Assembly: GCA_963693365.1 (NCBI GenBank)
Contig: CAVNZM010000005.1
Location: 12,113,728-12,177,727 of the forward strand
DNA from: Amoebidium appalachense
Lineage: Eukaryota > Protista > Ichthyosporea
Length of the DNA stretch: 64,000 bases
Direction: 5' to 3'
How positions within the stretch are numbered: position 1 is the stretch's first letter; each line of letters starts with the position of its first letter. The notes below the pieces were generated by a model. That model was not told the DNA's origin. It did not search any database and saw only the letters and a program-made list of their open reading frames with translations. Both the position numbers and the translations under genes were made by a program. Below are positions 59,537 to 64,000 of the stretch, piece by piece.

Positions 59537-62112
59537 ACAAACAACACCTTCTGCCCCCTCCCCCCTCCCCTCCCTCCCCACACACACAACAACCCCCCAC
59601 CTTCCCCAGCCCACACACACAAACACGCACACAACAACCTCCAAAAACATACATACACACACCCACACCCAACCCTCCCGCCCCCCTCACACACACAACA
59701 CCACCACCCCACACACACATCCATCCCTCCCGGGCCCCCTCTCCCTAGTCCCCTCACCCACATACACATACTCCCCTTGTCCCCCTCCCCCCCCTCCCCT
59801 CAAACACACACACACACCCTCCCCCCCCCCCCCCACACACACACACACACACCCCCCCCCCCCACACACACACACACACACACACATACCCCCTCCCCTC
59901 CCCCCCCCATCCACACACACACACACACACCACACACAAACACACCTGTCATCATCCTCCTGCAGCAGCAACACATCCTTCTCCTGCGCTTCACCCAACA
60001 CGTGTCGATACAGTTGGTGGGGGCGCCCCAAGTCATCAGGCCGTGTGTAGAAGATTGTCTTGCCGTCCGCGGCCCATTCAACATTGACCACACCTTTGAT
60101 GACTTCAACTAGCTCGGGTTTACTCCCTGCACACACGAAGGTCAGCAGCAAGAAAGAAAAACAATGACATCGATTGGAGTGAATGCATCAGGGTTGGATT
60201 TTGGGGTAACAAGGGTGGTCTCAGACAGAAGGGAAGTGTGGGTGGGTCGTGATGTAAGGAGAGAGAAAGGGGAGGCGGGAAGGGCAGGTGGAGGGGGGGG
60301 GGGGGGGGAGGGGGGAATGGATCAGAAGGCCAAAGATAAAGAGAAGGTGAAACAGGATGCCTAAAGCGGGATGCAGACAGAAGAAAGACTGCTATAACAG
60401 CAAAAATAGCTGCAATCGATTCCTCATCCGAACGGCAATATCTAAGCTTTTTCAGCCCTTAACAATTACATACAGCCAAAAGCAGTTAAGGACTTCACTA
60501 ACCTGGTTTATTCAAAATTCTATCATTTGACACAGCTTAAAAAAGCCAAAATCACCCACTGGGTCCATTTTCCAAACCTATTCTGAAAAAATGGAAGGAG
60601 CTAATAATTTTATCCACCTAAATCATTTCCCAATTTGATCTCTAACACATTTCACGCAGCCAGAAGGAGTTAAAGAACTCAACATACCTGGTTCACTTCC
60701 CAATTTGGCAATTGCAGCATCGAACCTTTCCCCCCCGTGGTGCCCATGGTACTTCTTTTGGTTTCAACACAACTATAAAAGCTACAGTTAGGCTTTTATC
60801 TTCACTTTCTTTCCTTGCATTCTCTGTCTGCTGATTTAGAATTACCTTTAACGGCAGACATTGTATTGCATCAGCATCTTTTCTCTCTTCATCTCGTTAA
60901 TTCAATATGGTTAGCATGAACAGGATAAAATTAAAGTTCTCCACCCACCTGGTTCGCTTCCCAATTTGGCAATTGCAGCGTCAAACCTCTCCTCCCCGGT
61001 GGTGTCCATAGTGTAGGCCACCCAGTTGTGGTCGTGGCTCAGCTTGACCGTGCTGATGCTGCAGTAGCCGTAGCGCTCCACAAGGTCCACGTGGTCGATG
61101 AGAACCTCCTGGTTTTGCGCAAAAAAAAAAAAATTGAATAAGTGGAAAGGTATAACGTGTGTAAGTATGTATGCAGCCGTGACCAAAACCGCATTTACAA
61201 CCTTTAAAAAATCCAACCAATTTTCAAATATACCATCCAAGAAATGGTACGAGGCAATTTCGGTCACATAGTGTGCATGATGTGCTTGATGTGGACACCA
61301 TCTAAGAAAATGTCCGGAAATACCATCCAGCTTGTTAGAGAACGCAGATATTCAATGAGGAGGGTGGGCTGGCAAGTGCGGGGAGAGGGGGGAAGGGGGG
61401 GGGGGGGGGGGTCAAGAGCTATAAGGGGCCCAAGAAGAAAATCTTTATCTTCAAGGCGAAAAATGAAGAAAAGAAAAAAAAAGGGTGCCTCAATAGCAAA
61501 AATATGCAATGCATGGTAAGCTAGATGAGGTGCCAACTTAGCGGATATAATACACATGTAAAGACAATTTGTAGAGAGTGTAGAGTGAATTCTATTCTTT
61601 TTTCTCTTTGCTTTGCTTTTCTTTTTTTTTTTGGGGGGCGGGGGGGGGGGGGGGGAGGGGCGGGGAGGGTGGGGGGGGGGGGGGTCACACCCGCGGTCTA
61701 CAACAGAGAGTGGTCTGTTTTCCAGCAAATCCCCCCCCCCCCCCCCCCCCCCACCCCACCCCTCGCCCACTCCCTTCCACCCCCCACCCGCCTGCCCCTC
61801 CCTCATTGCCACTCTTTCCCCTTCACTCCATGTCCCGTCCTGAATCACCCTAAATCTACCTCTCCCGTGGCTCCCCCGCCTTCCCCTCCTTCCCCACCCC
61901 CCAACTCCCCACTGCCCTCCTTCTTAACGTTCTAGTTAGCACCCGGAAACAACAGCGACACAATAAAAGCTGGAGAGAAAGGTGGCAGAAGAGGTCACTG
62001 GAGTAAGAAGAAATGGGTGTTGCGTGGGTACTGGGGTTGAAGCAAGCGTGTGTGTGGGGAGGGTGTAGGGAAAGGAAGGTCCGGGAGGGTCGGGTGGGGT
62101 TGGGTCCGGGGG

Positions 62113-62167
<55 letters not shown>

Positions 62168-62209
62168 GGAGTCTTTTTCTTTCTTTTTATTTTTTCAGGG
62201 GGGGAATAT

Positions 62210-62246
<37 letters not shown>

Positions 62247-62329
62247 TTTCGTGTGGTTGTTCGATAGTTCCGTACGATCTAAGAGCGTGATAGCAGTTTA
62301 GGGAGGAAAGGCACAGGGGGGGCAAGGTC

Positions 62330-62419
<90 letters not shown>

Positions 62420-63013
62420 AAGGAGGAGGCGTCCGGGGGGGTGGAGGGGCCGGGGAAGGCGCAAAGGCGGGCTGGGAGGAGGGGGGGGGGGGGGGGGGGG
62501 GGGGGGGAGCACTACCTCATGATCACTCAAAACCATGCTCGCTCCCTGGCCAGCAACTATCCTCTTACGGCAATATGTGGGCACCTCTGCCCCCTTGTCT
62601 GTGCGGCTGTAATACACAAAGTCATCCACACGTTCTGGAACACTAATTTCTGCCTGTCCCGCCCTCTCCTGCATTGCTTGAAGCAATCTAGCTTGGAAAT
62701 TAGACGTTTTCTTCATACACGCTTCCGTGTATGCATTTTCAGCTTCCACATATGCAGCTACCTGTGGGTTTTCTGGATCTTGTAACCAAGCAAAGTCATC
62801 ACATCTTTTCACCCCGTGAAATGTCCCCACTAATAGAGGGCGTGGTTGGGGTATTGGAATCTGTTTCCTAGAGAAGGGGCGTAAGAGATTACGGAAGTTG
62901 GTGGCTATGTGTCGTGTTTGATAAACTGAAAACGATGGCCTTGCTATTGCTGCTTGCAGTGAGCGAGCTGTGTGAGTGATGCGGCTGATGCGCCGCGCAA
63001 GGGCGGAAGCCAT
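57545..63013 (-). CDS. ptrB: Oligopeptidase B / protease II (peptidase S9A) with mitochondrial-like N-terminal presequence, 4 exons, ~775 aa
   Basis: Exons 62516-63013, 60949-61108, 59946-60126 and 57545-59033 join in frame (2328 nt). Motifs: DDFAWL, EAENAY, GYGAYG, HVRGGGE, catalytic GTSAGG, VPFVD, EYDEWGNP, SYSPY, DQRV, SGH. Confidence 0.92.
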
Positions 63014-63328
63014 GTTTCATGCTTGCTCCAAAAGCAACGATGAAGAGATTGAGGTAGCAGGTGTATCGCGGGCCAGCGGCAGGACGGAGTCCCGTGCTTC
63101 GTTGGTACAGCCTATGTGCATACAAGTTTTAGTTTTCCAATCGCTGCGACTTCCCTAATCGCCCATATAGATAGAATTGTTTTTACGTAGTTGCCGTAGT
63201 TGAGATGCGAAAATAAGATCGGAAACTAAAAGATCAACATTTTGTGTATTTTTAAGCTTGTGCCCCAGCCGCCGTTGAACTCAACCAAACGTTCAAGTCA
63301 ACACAACCATTCGCAACACACCTTCGGG

Positions 63329-63388
63329 GCTCCAAAAACGCTTGTTGCTGGTGTGCGAGCTCCAAAAACGCTTGTTGCTGGTGTACGA
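63329..63388. promoter_or_regulatory. 30-bp direct duplication in the 445-bp divergent promoter region
   Basis: GCTCCAAAAACGCTTGTTGCTGGTGT occurs twice between two head-to-head start codons, with a TATATA-rich stretch at ~63397-63418. Confidence 0.5.
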
Positions 63389-63458
63389 ATCAAACTATCT
63401 ATATAGTATATATATATAGGTAGGTTATTGAAGTTTTAGAAAAAAGCGGGCAGGGAAA

Positions 63459-63902
63459 ATGGATACCGGAAACAAGCAAGACCCATCACAAATAGCCATG
63501 GAGGATGAGAACAAGACTGGACTGTCCCCAGAGAGGGAGAAAAAGAAAGGTGACCTTAGGACGAAGGAAACAGGCACAGATGAAGTGGAAAATTCTTTAC
63601 CTAGTGGATCTATCCATGCCAGTTCAGAAAACCAGCACGAAAGAATACAAAAAGCAGGTGATGTGGAAAGTAATCTTACAAAAACAGCGGCAGCGAATAC
63701 AGACGGAATAGAGGTACGCGGCACTTCCGACTCCAGATTAGGTCTTGCAGAGGGCAACGGAAACACACAAAGCACACCGACGCAAAAGAAAAATATCAAT
63801 AACGCTAGTCAGACTTCGGAACATCTACTGGCAGGCTCGAATGTTGTGGGTACGTCGAATGTCAATCTTATGGCGGAGAAAGATCCGGTAAAGAATGATG
63901 TG
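63459..63902 (+). CDS. First exon of an unknown gene (hydrophilic, disordered N-terminus), continuing beyond the window
   Basis: Open from ATG 63459 to a GTGAGT donor at 63903, followed by intron-like TG repeats. Confidence 0.65.
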
Positions 63903-64000
63903 GTGAGTGCCCTGTGGATCTCACGTTAAGTAGAGAGGGTGGGTGGGTGGCAAGGTGTATGTGTATGCTGCTTTTGTGTGTGTGCTGTGAGTGTGGGAGT

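Overview
Eukaryotic (probably protist) nuclear DNA. Short exons are separated by introns filled with poly-C/poly-G tracts, (CA)n/(TG)n microsatellites and small repeats, so nearly all listed six-frame ORFs are low-complexity noise. Splicing exons by hand with frame-consistent junctions gives these genes: an N-acetylneuraminate lyase/DHDPS-family aldolase (+), a patatin-like phospholipase (-), a PssA-type CDP-alcohol phosphatidyltransferase (+), a SHOCT/alpha-kinase/CaaX protein (-), an intronless Ser-rich orphan (-), an F-box/LRR protein probably continuing into TRAF-like zinc-finger exons (-), an oligopeptidase B with a mitochondrial-like presequence (-), and the first exon of an unknown gene (+). 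Four intronic TIR/foldback elements are present (hAT-like, piggyBac-like and two palindromic MITEs). The most unusual signals are in intron architecture. (1) A ~145-290 bp repeat family has at least 12 copies, sits beside poly-C, and every intronic copy is co-oriented with its host gene. (2) Decayed tandem copies of exon-intron junctions recur next to the real junctions. (3) Poly-C often follows donors directly, and (CA)n often replaces the polypyrimidine tract at acceptors. Sequencing or assembly error near homopolymers is a real alternative explanation for the degenerate copies. All gene models are manual and lack transcript support.
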